Origin: Candidatus Marinacidobacterales bacterium
GTDB taxonomy: Bacteria; Acidobacteriota; Vicinamibacteria; Marinacidobacterales; DATDRI01
Length of the DNA: 64,000 nt
NCBI GenBank assembly: GCA_965226495.1
Contig: OZ245365.1
Location: 2,976,001 to 3,040,000, forward strand
Reading direction: 5' to 3'
Both the position numbers and the translations under genes were made by a program. Positions 28,400 to 38,283 of this stretch are shown here, one piece after another. Every line of letters starts with the position of its first letter. Position 1 is the stretch's first letter. Under the pieces are notes generated by a model. It was not told the origin of the DNA. It saw only the letters and a list, made by a program, of their open reading frames with translations, and made no database searches.

Positions 28400-28616
28400 T
28401 GTCCTGTATCAGTAGATCGTTGCCTAAAGCTCGAGGCCATTTTGTGTGCTGGCGAGGCGTGGCGACGACGTCATATCTGGATATTTCCCGCCTTCCGCAG
28501 CGAGCCTGCCGAGCGGAGGGCTAGGCCGAAGGGCCGAACTGCACCGATGCCACAACGAAGCCAGCACGCAAAAGGGGCCGAGATTTATGTGACGAATTAC
28601 TGATACAGGGCACTAG
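28396..28616. mobile_element. MITE-like non-autonomous element bounded by CTAG
   Basis: Ends CTAGTGTCCTGTATCAGTA / TACTGATACAGGGCACTAG form an 18/19 inverted repeat that extends imperfectly inward (TGTGCTGGC / GCCAGCACG). No transposase. Confidence 0.8.
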
Positions 28617-28689
28617 CAGGGACGCAGAAAAAGGAAATGCGGTTTGTACCCGGACGAATCGCCGCATATCATACCGTTCGCACCGCCCG

Positions 28690-28719
28690 TCAGGCTTTCA
28701 GGCTTTCAGGCTGTCAGGC
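28690..28719 (+). repeat. 8-bp direct repeats (CAGGCTTT x2, CAGGCTGT, CAGGC) upstream of the heme-oxygenase-like gene
   Basis: tcaggctttcaggctttcaggctgtcaggc. Confidence 0.7.
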
Positions 28720-28754
28720 GTGACAAGACGACAAGAACGAAGGAGGCAAGCGAG

Positions 28755-29480
28755 ATGGCCACTCCTCAGACGTACCTGAGGTCGACCGGAGCCACTTGGC
28801 TCGACACAATACGGGAGGAGCTCCTAGAGCCACGACTGGACGCGGTGCGCCACCACTCCGTCGTCGTGGATTCCCATTCCGGGAAGCTACCGCGTGAGGC
28901 TTTGATGCGATTGTTGGCCGACGTGCTGTGGCTGTTAGTATCGACGCCGAACCACGTAGCCGCTCTCGCCGCTCGCTGCCCTATCTACCGTCACGATCTC
29001 AAGACCGAGCTTCTACAAAACGCCTACAGCGAGCACAACCACCCCGCAGCATTATCCCGCGCCGTGACCTCTCTCGGAGGCCCCGGTGAACGCATTCTCT
29101 CGGGTCCGGAATGGGCTTGGGAGCCGTACTGGGCCACCTGGCATGTTCGTAATTGGCAAGAGCTCTGTTGCCTCTCTCGCCCCTTCGTCGACGGCGTGGC
29201 CTGTTTCAACGTAGGTGTCGAGGCGGTGGTACCCTCCATTTTCCATCCCATCGGTGAAGGGCTAGAGAAACACTACGGAGTAACCGGAGCGGCGTTCGAC
29301 TGGTTTCGATGGCACGGAGGCGAGGTCGAGGAAGAACATGGAAACGAGGGACTAAAGGTACTGGCGGAGATCGTGGATCCGAACGATGAAGAGATTCAGT
29401 CTCGTTGCCGGTACATCATCGACCGCACCAGCTCGTTCATCGCCGGCCCTTGGCTCGACGCCTATCAGCTGGCCTCTTAA
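28755..29480 (+). CDS. Heme-oxygenase-like (TenA/PqqC/CADD) iron-containing redox enzyme
   Basis: All-helical pattern with NAYSEHNH, GVEA and WFRWHGGEVEEEH candidate metal ligands. ATG 28755 follows AGGAGG. Confidence 0.75.
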   Translation: MATPQTYLRSTGATWLDTIREELLEPRLDAVRHHSVVVDSHSGKLPREALMRLLADVLWLLVSTPNHVAALAARCPIYRHDLKTELLQNAYSEHNHPAALSRAVTSLGGPGERILSGPEWAWEPYWATWHVRNWQELCCLSRPFVDGVACFNVGVEAVVPSIFHPIGEGLEKHYGVTGAAFDWFRWHGGEVEEEHGNEGLKVLAEIVDPNDEEIQSRCRYIIDRTSSFIAGPWLDAYQLAS

Positions 29481-29486
29481 ACTCCG

Positions 29487-29690
29487 GTGTTCGAATTTCT
29501 CGAGTGGTACTTCCCTTGGTCGCGGGTCGATCCGATCCTGAAGATCGAGCTCATGATCTGGTTTGGCTCCGTAGTGACGGCCTTCCTGATTCCGACCTGG
29601 GCACTAGTTCTCAAGAGAACGTGGCTGCCCATGTCGCACCTCCCTCTTCCAGTGGACGAAGACAAGGCACCCGAACCAGATGCGCATTGA
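29487..29690 (+). CDS. Small single-pass membrane protein, probable symporter accessory subunit
   Basis: 67 aa with one hydrophobic segment, overlapping the symporter start. Confidence 0.6.
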   Translation: MFEFLEWYFPWSRVDPILKIELMIWFGSVVTAFLIPTWALVLKRTWLPMSHLPLPVDEDKAPEPDAH

Positions 29691-31161
29691 TGCGATCCTC
29701 TACATCTGTTTCCTAGCACTCAGCTTTGGAATCGGCGCCTTCGCCGTCCGTCGCGTCAAGACTCTCGCCGATTACTATGTCGCCGGCGGATCGATGCCAT
29801 GGTACCTTCTCGCGGGAAGTTTCATCGCCGCCAACGCCAGCGCCGCCCTCTTCCTCGGTGCGACCAACGTTGCGGGTGGCGTCGGCTACACGTTCTGGTG
29901 CGGCTATTTCACGACCGCGACCGGCATCCTGTTCGCGATTGGCGTGGTCGGTGTCCTGGTCCGTCGGCTCTCCGGCCACTACGAGATCTACAATTTCGCC
30001 GACATCCTTGCCCTTAGGTACCAGAGCCGGGAAAAAGCGGTGCGCATCATTACGGCGGTTGTAGTTCCCGTCGTGTATATCCCATACATCGCCGCTCAAT
30101 TCATCGGACTTGCTTCGATCACTGCGGCCGCGTTCGACTTCAACTACTCCGTGGTCCTCATCGGGATCATCGTGCTGATCGTCGGATACACGTTCCTAGG
30201 AGGTATGGTCGCGGTCGTCTGGACCGACGCCTTCCAATTCCTAGTGCTTTTCTTGGGAATGATCCTCGCCGTCCCCATCGGCATGAAGGTCGCCGGGAAC
30301 GGTTCGGCCGCAGCCGGTTGGGAGCGGATCGTCGCGTTGGGCCCCGAGATCTTTCAGTGGACCGGTGAGGCGTGGCCCTGGTACTTGGTCCTGGGGCAGT
30401 TTGTATGGCTCTTCGCGTTCTCCGCCGAGCCCCACCTGGTCACACGCTTTCTGACCGCCCGCGACGAGGCGACGATCCTAAAAGCACTTCCCGTCTGCCT
30501 CTTTGCGGTACTGGTACTCTATTCCTCATCGGTTCCGGTGGGGCTCCTGGGCCGGCTCGTTACCCCCGAGCTCGCGTCTGGCGAGTACTACTACATCGAG
30601 CTGGCACGTGCCGCGCTAGGAACCTGGCTCGGTGCGTTCGCCTTGGCCGGCGTTGGGGCCGCCGCACTCTCCACGTGCTCGACGGAGCTCATCGTGAGCT
30701 CGCAATCCCTGTCCCGAGATCTCTACCAAAGGTTCTTGGCACCGAACGCCCCCGAGCAGCGCGTGCTCTTGGTCGCGCGCTTTAGCGTCGTCATCATGGG
30801 CGCGTTGACGTTCGTCCTTGCCTACTTCCGCATATTGAGCATTTTCTGGTTAGTGATTCTCTCCGTCTCCTTGCTCACCAGCGCGTTCTTCGTTCCGGTG
30901 GTAGGGGGGTTCTTCTGGCCTCGCGCCACTTCGGCTGGCGCCATCGCCGCTATGATCGCGGGCCTCACCGCCGGCGTATCGGTTTACATCGTCAATCAAA
31001 TCGGCGGAACCCATTACTTCATTAGTGAGCTCTATGCGGGCCTGGGCGCGAGCCTGCTGGCCTTCTGGGGCGTCAGTCGTTTAGGAAAACCGACCGACGC
31101 CGAGTTACGGGTACTGTCGTCGCTGCGGGTCCCGTCTGGGCAGTCGGAGAAGTCGACCTAA
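29680..31161 (+). CDS. Sodium:solute symporter family protein
   Basis: DYYVAGGSMPW, YTFLGGMVAVVWTDAFQ, AAALST, many transmembrane segments. Confidence 0.92.
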   Translation: MRIDAILYICFLALSFGIGAFAVRRVKTLADYYVAGGSMPWYLLAGSFIAANASAALFLGATNVAGGVGYTFWCGYFTTATGILFAIGVVGVLVRRLSGHYEIYNFADILALRYQSREKAVRIITAVVVPVVYIPYIAAQFIGLASITAAAFDFNYSVVLIGIIVLIVGYTFLGGMVAVVWTDAFQFLVLFLGMILAVPIGMKVAGNGSAAAGWERIVALGPEIFQWTGEAWPWYLVLGQFVWLFAFSAEPHLVTRFLTARDEATILKALPVCLFAVLVLYSSSVPVGLLGRLVTPELASGEYYYIELARAALGTWLGAFALAGVGAAALSTCSTELIVSSQSLSRDLYQRFLAPNAPEQRVLLVARFSVVIMGALTFVLAYFRILSIFWLVILSVSLLTSAFFVPVVGGFFWPRATSAGAIAAMIAGLTAGVSVYIVNQIGGTHYFISELYAGLGASLLAFWGVSRLGKPTDAELRVLSSLRVPSGQSEKST

Positions 31162-31162
31162 G

Positions 31163-32074
31163 ATGGCCGAAAGAACCCTTCGAGTTGGCATCGTTGGCTA
31201 CGGCGAAGCGGGCGCCTTTCATGCTCGACATCTCGTTGCCGCCGGCGCCGAGGTCGTTGGGGCGGTGACGACTCGCGAGCTCGAGTCCGGACTTCGACGT
31301 TTCGGCTCGCTCGCCGAGATGCTAGCCCACGTTGACGCGGTCACCATCGCGGTGCCCAATCATCTTCATGCCGGTCTTTGCATCGAAGTACTCGAGTCGG
31401 AGAAACCGGTTTTCGTGGAAAAACCATTACTCCAAACAGCCGGTGAGCTCGAGGACCTGGAACGGGTGGTTAGAAGTACGCCACTCACGGCGGTGCACGT
31501 CGGCTTCCGTCTACATTGGAATCCCAGCCTTCGCGCCCTGCAAGAGCGGATCCAGGGAGTTCGTCGCATCCGATGCGAATATCGATTGGGCATCGATCGA
31601 TTGGCGAAGGACAAGCCCTGGACACGTCAAAAGAATACCAGTGGCGGCGCCTTCTTCACGCTCGGCGTGCACGCCTACGACCTCGTACGCTGGCTCGCCG
31701 GGGCGTGCGGCGAGCCCCTGACCGATTTGCGTGCCCAAGCGGAACACTACGAGGACGGAAACGACTTCCCTCTGGTGACATCGATGTCCGGTCGCCTTCC
31801 AAATGGGATCGAGCTAGTGTCGGCTGTGGATCTTCGCGGCAACGAGCCCTTTCGTTTGGAGCTCGAAGTGGACGCGGAGTCGGGAACGTATCCCGATCCG
31901 TCCCTACCCGGCCCGGCACCCGAAGAGGAGGGTTCTGCGGATGCTGAGTACGGCGGCTTGATGTTCGACTTCGTACGTGCCGCCACGAATAAAAAAGAAC
32001 AAACTGGAGCCATTGAAGAGATCTTGCAAACGCATCGCGATCTTCTCTCGGCTCGTTCGATCGCCGAGTCCTAA
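31163..32074 (+). CDS. Gfo/Idh/MocA family oxidoreductase
   Basis: VGIVGYG, AVPNHLH, VEKP, GGAFFTLGVHAYD. Confidence 0.9.
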   Translation: MAERTLRVGIVGYGEAGAFHARHLVAAGAEVVGAVTTRELESGLRRFGSLAEMLAHVDAVTIAVPNHLHAGLCIEVLESEKPVFVEKPLLQTAGELEDLERVVRSTPLTAVHVGFRLHWNPSLRALQERIQGVRRIRCEYRLGIDRLAKDKPWTRQKNTSGGAFFTLGVHAYDLVRWLAGACGEPLTDLRAQAEHYEDGNDFPLVTSMSGRLPNGIELVSAVDLRGNEPFRLELEVDAESGTYPDPSLPGPAPEEEGSADAEYGGLMFDFVRAATNKKEQTGAIEEILQTHRDLLSARSIAES

Positions 32075-32571
32075 CACTTCCCTCCTTACTTTATTAGGCA
32101 TCACCGCTATCTCATGCTAGGTTGGCGACAAGTGAGTCGACGGATGTTTCTTCTACTTCAAACAATTGAATCTGATGTGCAACAAATTGAATTCCGCCGA
32201 TTCGACCGAGCGACCTACGATGGGAGGGAACGGACCAACGGAGGTTTCGATGATAAAGGTTGGTGTTCCTAAGATCGCTCTGGTGCTCACAATCGGCGCC
32301 CTTTCCCTTCTGCAGTGTTCTTTGCCTGCAGACAAGGCGGAAAAAATTCCCATCACGACTTCATCCTCGGAAGCGTTGGATCTTTTCCTCCAGGGTCGTG
32401 ATCTCGCAGAGAAGATTCGCTTCCAGGAGGCACTGCGGTACTTTCAAGAGGCCGTAGAGGAAGATCCCAATTTCGCGATGGCCCATCTGAACCTGGCGTT
32501 CCCCTCCGTGCCAACATGCTTGAGACACTCCGCCCCTTGAAATTAGTGTGGAAGGCGGAGGAGGATCATGA

Positions 32572-33039
32572 ATGAGTCTGTTGACTGAGAAGACGAACTT
32601 GGCGGGGTCGGAAGGAGCCGGAAGGGCGACTGTAGAGCCCGCCCGCCGCGAAGCAGTGGTGGCCCCGGATCCCGAAGTGAGTGAACAAGCGAAGCGTCGA
32701 CGCTTTACCGCGGAGTACAAGCTGCGGATACTGCGTGAAGCGGATGCCTGCAAGGGCGATGGCGATGTGGGAGCGCTTCTGCGTCGAGAAGGACTGTACT
32801 CGTCGCTCCTGTCGAGTTGGCGTCGCCAGCGGGATGAGATTGCGGGGGTCGGGCTCGCCGCAATCAAGCGGGGACGAAAGGGCAAGGTCGAGGATCCTCG
32901 AGTCAAGGAACTCGCGCGCGAGAACACGCGACTGAAGCGTCGCCTCGCTCGGGTGGAGACGATGCTCGAGATCCAAAAAAAAGCCTCCGAGCTCCTGGGG
33001 ATCCCCCTGAATCCGCCCGACAGCGACGAGAACGATTGA
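32572..33039 (+). CDS. IS transposase OrfA (HTH)
   Basis: RRRFTAEYKLRIL...GALLRREGLYSS...coiled coil...IQKK. Confidence 0.9.
   Translation: MSLLTEKTNLAGSEGAGRATVEPARREAVVAPDPEVSEQAKRRRFTAEYKLRILREADACKGDGDVGALLRREGLYSSLLSSWRRQRDEIAGVGLAAIKRGRKGKVEDPRVKELARENTRLKRRLARVETMLEIQKKASELLGIPLNPPDSDEND
32975..32983 (+). promoter_or_regulatory. Programmed -1 frameshift motif (A8G) linking orfA and orfB
   Basis: AAAAAAAAG contains A-AAA-AAG. The -1 frame is open from here into orfB, and a GGGGATCCCC palindrome follows. Confidence 0.75.
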
Positions 33040-34175
33040 TGGCGGCGGCCGAGGAGCTGGCGGGACGGATTGGACAGACAGCGGAAGCGTGTGAGGCCCT
33101 GGGAGTCGTTCGTTCTACGCTGTATCGTCGTCGTCGGCCGGTGACGTCCAGACCGAAGCGTCGCCCTCGGCCCCACCGAGCCCTTGGCGAAACCGAGCGA
33201 GAGCAGGTGCTCGGCGCCTTGCACTCCGAGCAGTTTGTCGACAAGGCGCCCGCCGAAATGTGGGCCACGCTTCTGGACGAGGGAACCTACTACTGCTCGA
33301 TCCGCACGATGTATCGGATATTGTCGGAGCACGGAGAAGTCCGAGAACGCCGGAACCAGCTGCGCCATCCGAACTACCGCAAGCCGGAGCTGTTGGCCGA
33401 AACCCCGAACCAGGTTTGGTCGTGGGACATCACGAAACTTCGTGGTCCGGTCAAGTGGACCTACTACTACCTCTACGTCATCCTGGACATCTTCTCCCGC
33501 TACGTGACGGGCTGGATGCTGGCTCACCGAGAAAGCGCCGAGCTCGCTCGTCGTCTCATCGGCGAGAGCTGTCGCAAGCAAGGCATTGAACCAGGCCAGC
33601 TCACCATCCACGCGGATCGGGGCAGCTCGATGCGAAGCAAGTCCGTCGCCTTGCTCCTGGCCGATCTCGGCGTGACCAAGACTCACTCCCGACCTCACGT
33701 CTCGAACGACAATCCCTACTCCGAGTCTCAGTTCAAGACGCTGAAGTATTGCCCCCAGTTCCCGCGTCGTTTCGGCTCCATCGAAGATGCTCGCCTGTTC
33801 TCCCGCAACTTCTTCGACTACTACAACTACGAACACCGGCACTCGGGAATCGGTCTCATGACACCGGCCGTCGTTCATCAGGGTCGCGCCGAACAACTCA
33901 ACGCGGCTCGCCGACACACGCTCCTCGCCGCTCATCGGGCTCATCCCGAACGCTTCGTCCGTGGAAGACCTCAACCCCCTGTTTTGCCGTCTCAGGCTTG
34001 GATCAACCCTCCACCTGAGAAAAAGACGCGCGAGGATCGCCTAGGAACCACTTTCTCCGGGTGGTCCATACCTGGGGTCCCCCCTTTTTCCGCTCCACGT
34101 AACGAGATCTCGATCCAGGCAGACGTGGACAAAAACCACGTCACGAGCCTCCTGACACCAATCGAGGCTCACTAA
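33036..34175 (+). CDS. IS transposase OrfB (DDE integrase core)
   Basis: WSWDIT, IHADRG, NPYSES catalytic triad. Confidence 0.93.
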   Translation: MMAAAEELAGRIGQTAEACEALGVVRSTLYRRRRPVTSRPKRRPRPHRALGETEREQVLGALHSEQFVDKAPAEMWATLLDEGTYYCSIRTMYRILSEHGEVRERRNQLRHPNYRKPELLAETPNQVWSWDITKLRGPVKWTYYYLYVILDIFSRYVTGWMLAHRESAELARRLIGESCRKQGIEPGQLTIHADRGSSMRSKSVALLLADLGVTKTHSRPHVSNDNPYSESQFKTLKYCPQFPRRFGSIEDARLFSRNFFDYYNYEHRHSGIGLMTPAVVHQGRAEQLNAARRHTLLAAHRAHPERFVRGRPQPPVLPSQAWINPPPEKKTREDRLGTTFSGWSIPGVPPFSAPRNEISIQADVDKNHVTSLLTPIEAH

Positions 34176-35472
34176 ATGCAGCTCCCGGGTGTCTCAATGT
34201 TGTTGACACGCTCCGTTCTCCCAAAACACGGCGGACGGATTTTTCGAGAGCATAAAGAAGGCCGCCGCGTTGGCGGACGGGGCGTCCCAGGGTGAACAGC
34301 TTTGGATCCTCGGCACCGAGGCAGGCATCAATGGCCGGCCGATGGAGCAGAGGGAGTACTACAAGAAACTCGTCGCCGCCTACCCGAACGACGAGCGCGC
34401 CCATAACTTATTGGGTAATCAGTACTTTGGGCAACAAGAATATGGGCCAGCGATCGCCGCCTACGAGAAATCCATCGACATCAATCCAGAATTCTCTCAA
34501 CCCTATAACCAACTCGGCTACTCTTACCGTTTCTCCGGGAAGTACGAGAAGGCGCGCGAAGCCTTCGAGCAATATATCGAAGTGCTGCCCGACGATCCTA
34601 ATCCACATGACTCCTACGCCGAGCTCTTGATGAAGATGGGAGAGTTCGAGTCTTCCGTCGAGCACTACCAGAAAGCCCTCTCCATCAATCCCAAGTTCAT
34701 CCCGTCTTACATCGGCATCGCCACTGACTACAATTACATGGGCAAGCATGAGAAGGCTCGTGAAACACTCGAGACGATGTACGAAAAGGCGGACAACAAC
34801 GGCCAACGCCGCCAAGCGCTTTTTGCCACCGCCGTCTCTTATGTAGACGAGGGAGAAACCGATAGGGCATTAGAAATCTTGTCCAAACGATACGACCTCG
34901 CCGAAGAGGGGAATGACGAGGCTGCGCTCGCCGCGGACCTGAACCAGATCGGCAACATTCTTTTGGAAGCCGACCAGCCGGAGAAAGCGCTCTCGAAGTT
35001 CGAGAAATCCACTACCCTGATTCGGGAATCGAACCGCTCCAGTGATCAGAAGGAAAATGCGGAACGCCAATACCTCATAAACGGCGCCCGCGTTGCCCTG
35101 CGGCAGAATGACCTCGCCACCGCGAAGTCCAAACTTCAGGAGCACCGCGAGCAGATAGCGGCGATCGAGAACCACCCGCAGGCCGGGATCTCCCACCGAG
35201 TCGCTGCGATGATCGCCCTCGAAGAAGGCGACTACGAGACCGCACTCGCCGAGATCGAGCAGACGAGCCAACTGAACCCTTACAATGTGTACCGGAAGGC
35301 CATGGTCTATGAGGCCGAGGGCGACACCGAAAAAGCGGCTGCGCTCTACCGTAAGGCGGCGGAATTCAACGCACTGAACAATCTCAACTACGCGTTCATC
35401 CGAGCCAAGGCGGCCGAAAGAGCCAAAGCCACTTAAGAGGCTGTACCAACGACGTTGGTGCCACCTTTATTA

Positions 35473-35570
35473 CCTCTCCCTCAGGGAGAGGGCCGGGGTG
35501 AGGGTGGTAATCGAGGTCGGCTTCTTTCCCTTACTCCCTCTCCCCCAGGGAGAGGGCCGGGGTGAGGGTG
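35473..35570 (+). repeat. Two tandem REP-like palindromic elements between convergent genes
   Basis: CCTCTCCC-tca/cca-GGGAGAGG-GCCGGGGTGAGGGTG at 35473-35508 and 35536-35570. Confidence 0.85.
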
Positions 35571-35665
35571 TTGTGGACAGACGCGATGATGTCCCCGTAT
35601 CGATTTCATTGTTGCAGTCCACTAGCCCGCAGTTTGGCCTGGGGCGGCCGCCGGTCCGCTCCAGG

Positions 35666-36352
35666 CTATTTCTTTAGTCGAACTTTCTGCAACACCTTTT
35701 TGCCAACTCCTCTGCGGTCGCAGAGCTCGTAGATCCGGCACTCATCGCATAGGGGGCCGATCGGCCTGCAGACCAGCTGACCGTGTGCGACGAGCATCAC
35801 GTTCACTCGCCGTCGCCAACGCACTGGCACCAAAGGGGTGAGGGCAGACTCGGTTTTCTCAGGTGTCGCGGTTCGAACCCAGCCCAACCGGTTCGAGATC
35901 CGGTGCACGTGCGTGTCGACCGCGATTTGGGGAGCGCCGAAACAGGTTGCGAGAACGAGGTTGGCGCACTTAGGACCGATACCCGGGAGCGAGAGCAACC
36001 CCTCCTTCGTGCGCGGTACGTCTCCCTCTTCGATCAGGCGGCCGGCAATGATACGGAGCTGTTTGGCTTTCTGGCGGTAGAACCCGGCACCGTAGAGAAT
36101 TCGACGTAGGCGAGCTTCTGAGAGCTCCACCAGGGTTTCCGGTGAGGACGCGATTTTGAAGAGGTCGGTGGCAATTCGTAACGTCTGCTCGTCGCGAGTG
36201 CGGGTGCTGATAAGGCACGCCACTAAAGTTTGAAAGGGGGTGCGTTCAACCCAGATGCCTTGATACACGGGAGCGCTTGCGTACCGCCCGCGCCGCGTGT
36301 CCCGCGATAGAATTCTCAGCACTTGTGGCAGGCGCTGTTCTCGTGCGCTCAA
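35666..36352 (-). CDS. nth: Endonuclease III (HhH-GPD, 4Fe-4S)
   Basis: LPGIGPKCA (HhH), VDTHVHR, CRPIGPLCDECRIYELC. Confidence 0.9.
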   Translation of the reverse strand: MSAREQRLPQVLRILSRDTRRGRYASAPVYQGIWVERTPFQTLVACLISTRTRDEQTLRIATDLFKIASSPETLVELSEARLRRILYGAGFYRQKAKQLRIIAGRLIEEGDVPRTKEGLLSLPGIGPKCANLVLATCFGAPQIAVDTHVHRISNRLGWVRTATPEKTESALTPLVPVRWRRRVNVMLVAHGQLVCRPIGPLCDECRIYELCDRRGVGKKVLQKVRLKK

Positions 36353-36476
36353 GCTTTCAGTCCTTGACTCTGCATAGAGCGGTGACTAGTATACCGGTCT
36401 TGAGCGGCCCGAACGGGCCGCCGGCCGGGAGGAATTGTCCACGAATCGCAGGGCAAGGGAACCGGCCGTGTTTTTA

Positions 36477-36532
36477 GGCCCGAGCGAAGAGCGAGGGCCG
36501 CGAGTGAGCCGAGGAGGCGAGCGAGCACTAAG
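36477..36532 (+). repeat. GAGC-rich structured repeat ending GCACTAAG (copy 1, partial)
   Basis: Shares the GAGCGAGCACTAA end with the copies at 41172 and 52157. Confidence 0.6.
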
Positions 36533-36534
36533 TC

Positions 36535-37662
36535 ATGCCTTATACGCGTAGGTCGTTCCTAAGAAGCCTTGGCGCCACGGCCGCATTCGCCCACTCGGCC
36601 CGCGCGCATGCGACCGTGAGTAGTGAGCTCGAAGAGCTCCTCTCGAAAAGCATTGTCATCGACGCCCTATCTTACTTGCACCGCAACCCGGATGTTCGGG
36701 GGGCGGACCATTCGACGCTGGATCTGCCGATGCTCGAGGAGTCTGGGATCACGATGGTCAGCCCGACCACCGACCGTCGGACGGCTAGCCCCGACGGCGC
36801 CTATCATGACGCGCTGAAGCGTCTGGCCGAGATTCAGAGCATCGCAGCCCGTTATCCGGACCGCATGATGCTGATACGCACCGGCTCCGACATCGAGGCC
36901 GCTAAGAGAGAGAACAAGGTCAGCGCCCTCCCCAACTTTCAAGACACCACCGCCATCGGGACCGACCTCTCGAACCTCGACGTCCTCTTCGATCTCGGCG
37001 TCCGCCAAATTCAGCTCACCTACAACTGGCGGAACCTGGTGGGCGATGGTTGCTTGGAGAGAACCGGCGCCGGCTTGAGCTACTTCGGAGTCGAGCTCGT
37101 CGAGCGAATGAACGAACTGGGGATCGCAGTCGACGTCTCCCATAGCGGGCACCAAACGAGCATGGACGCTATCGAGGCCTCGACCAAGCCGATCTTGTTC
37201 ACGCATACCAACTGCAAGGCCATCTACGACCATCCTCGCAACAAGTCCGACGAGGCGATTAAAGCTCTCGCGAAAAAGGGCGGCGTGGTGGGCATGACGC
37301 TCCTAAGCTGGTTCATCAGTGAAAACTCGCCGTCGACGCTCGATGACCTGCTCGACCATTTTGATCACGTCATTCGTCTGGTAGGACCGGACCATGTTGG
37401 TATCGGCTCGGACATGGGATTGCCCGGCTGGCGCGTGACCGAGCCTGATCAGATCTGGGAAGCCGTGAAAAGCGGCTACTCCGCCCGTTCCTGGGACCTG
37501 GTGCGTCCCAAGTACCCTCCGTTTATCGCGGCCATCAACGACGCGCGTCGCTACCTCACCATCGCCGAGGGCCTACAAAGACGCGGACACTCGCTCACCG
37601 ACATTCAAAAGGTTCTGGGGCTCAACTTCCTTCGAGTCTACAAGGAAGTTCTTCCCAGCTAG
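36535..37662 (+). CDS. Membrane dipeptidase (peptidase M19), Tat-exported
   Basis: TRRSFL; QLTYN, DVSH, FTHTN, HPRNKSD, HVGIGSD. Confidence 0.9.
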   Translation: MPYTRRSFLRSLGATAAFAHSARAHATVSSELEELLSKSIVIDALSYLHRNPDVRGADHSTLDLPMLEESGITMVSPTTDRRTASPDGAYHDALKRLAEIQSIAARYPDRMMLIRTGSDIEAAKRENKVSALPNFQDTTAIGTDLSNLDVLFDLGVRQIQLTYNWRNLVGDGCLERTGAGLSYFGVELVERMNELGIAVDVSHSGHQTSMDAIEASTKPILFTHTNCKAIYDHPRNKSDEAIKALAKKGGVVGMTLLSWFISENSPSTLDDLLDHFDHVIRLVGPDHVGIGSDMGLPGWRVTEPDQIWEAVKSGYSARSWDLVRPKYPPFIAAINDARRYLTIAEGLQRRGHSLTDIQKVLGLNFLRVYKEVLPS

Positions 37663-37757
37663 CCCACTTTCCTACGCGATCCTCTTCAGGACGAGCTGCG
37701 CCGTCGAGCGCTAGTCTAGGTTGACTTCGGCAGTGGTGCCAAGGACAATAAGGCGCC

Positions 37758-38195
37758 ATGCGTTGCCGACTGTTTCCGATCGTGATTGCCAGTCTCCAAA
37801 TCGCCGCGCTCATCCTCTTCTCCGTCCTCACTCCTCTTGCCCATCTCCACCAGAGCGGCACGGCACCGTCGCATTTTCGCCAGGTCGGCGCGGGCCACGA
37901 AGCCCATCCCGCAGCCACTTTCCACTCGCACTTTGAAGATCACCACGCAAGTGAGGACCACGGTCGGGACTCCGATGGTGACGACGCGGAAGACGCGCTC
38001 AGCCTTTCGCACGGCAAGATCGACGCGCCGCGCGTCAAGCAGTCCGACGAGCAGCCGCTGGTCGTCGCATCGAGTATCGAGGCCGCTCGCCCCTCGACCC
38101 AGGCGTCTTGGGCCCTATCCGTTCCGAGCCAAGACGCCCACGGGCCGCCCCATCCCTTTCTAATACCAGCCCGCGCTCCCCCCTCCTTCTCCTAA
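37758..38195 (+). CDS. His-rich exported leader protein with C-terminal RAPP motif (DUF2946-like)
   Basis: N-terminal hydrophobic helix, AHLH, FHSHFEDHH...DH, and ending PARAPPSFS; directly upstream of the metal efflux operon. Confidence 0.75.
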   Translation: MRCRLFPIVIASLQIAALILFSVLTPLAHLHQSGTAPSHFRQVGAGHEAHPAATFHSHFEDHHASEDHGRDSDGDDAEDALSLSHGKIDAPRVKQSDEQPLVVASSIEAARPSTQASWALSVPSQDAHGPPHPFLIPARAPPSFS

Positions 38196-38205
38196 CGAGC
38201 TGCAA

Positions 38206-38242
38206 GTCTGCCTTCGTCAAGGCAGGCATTCTTCTTGTTTCC
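38206..38242 (+). terminator. Hairpin plus U-rich tract (terminator/attenuator-like) between leader ORF and efflux operon
   Basis: GTCTGCCTT-cgtc-AAGGCAGGC followed by ATTCTTCTTGTTTCC. Confidence 0.55.
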
Positions 38243-38283
38243 ACGCCCATCCCGGGCTCGCCGCCCGGATCGGAAGGAGGCGC

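Larger units (their letters stand above)
32502..34213 (+). mobile_element. IS3-family-like insertion sequence
   Basis: orfA/orfB pair; imperfect inverted repeats TGCCAACATGCTTGAGACAC (from 32509) and GTGTCTCAATGTTGTTGACA (to 34208); CGTTC direct repeat at 32497-32501 and 34214-34218. Confidence 0.9.
32250..35436 (+). pseudogene. TPR-repeat exported/lipoprotein gene interrupted by an IS element
   Basis: The 5' part (MIKVG...IPITTSSSEA...DPNFAMAHLNLAF) joins in frame to SQNTADGFFESIKKAAALAD... and the TPR ORF 34270-35436 when the IS and one CGTTC copy are removed. Confidence 0.88.

Noticed and set aside
32361-33974. 537-aa minus-strand ORF
   Set aside because: Antisense to the IS transposase genes with no recognisable motifs.
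35473-35570. Possible mini CRISPR array
   Set aside because: Only two units, REP-type hairpin sequence, a dispersed inverted copy at 7676, and no cas genes.
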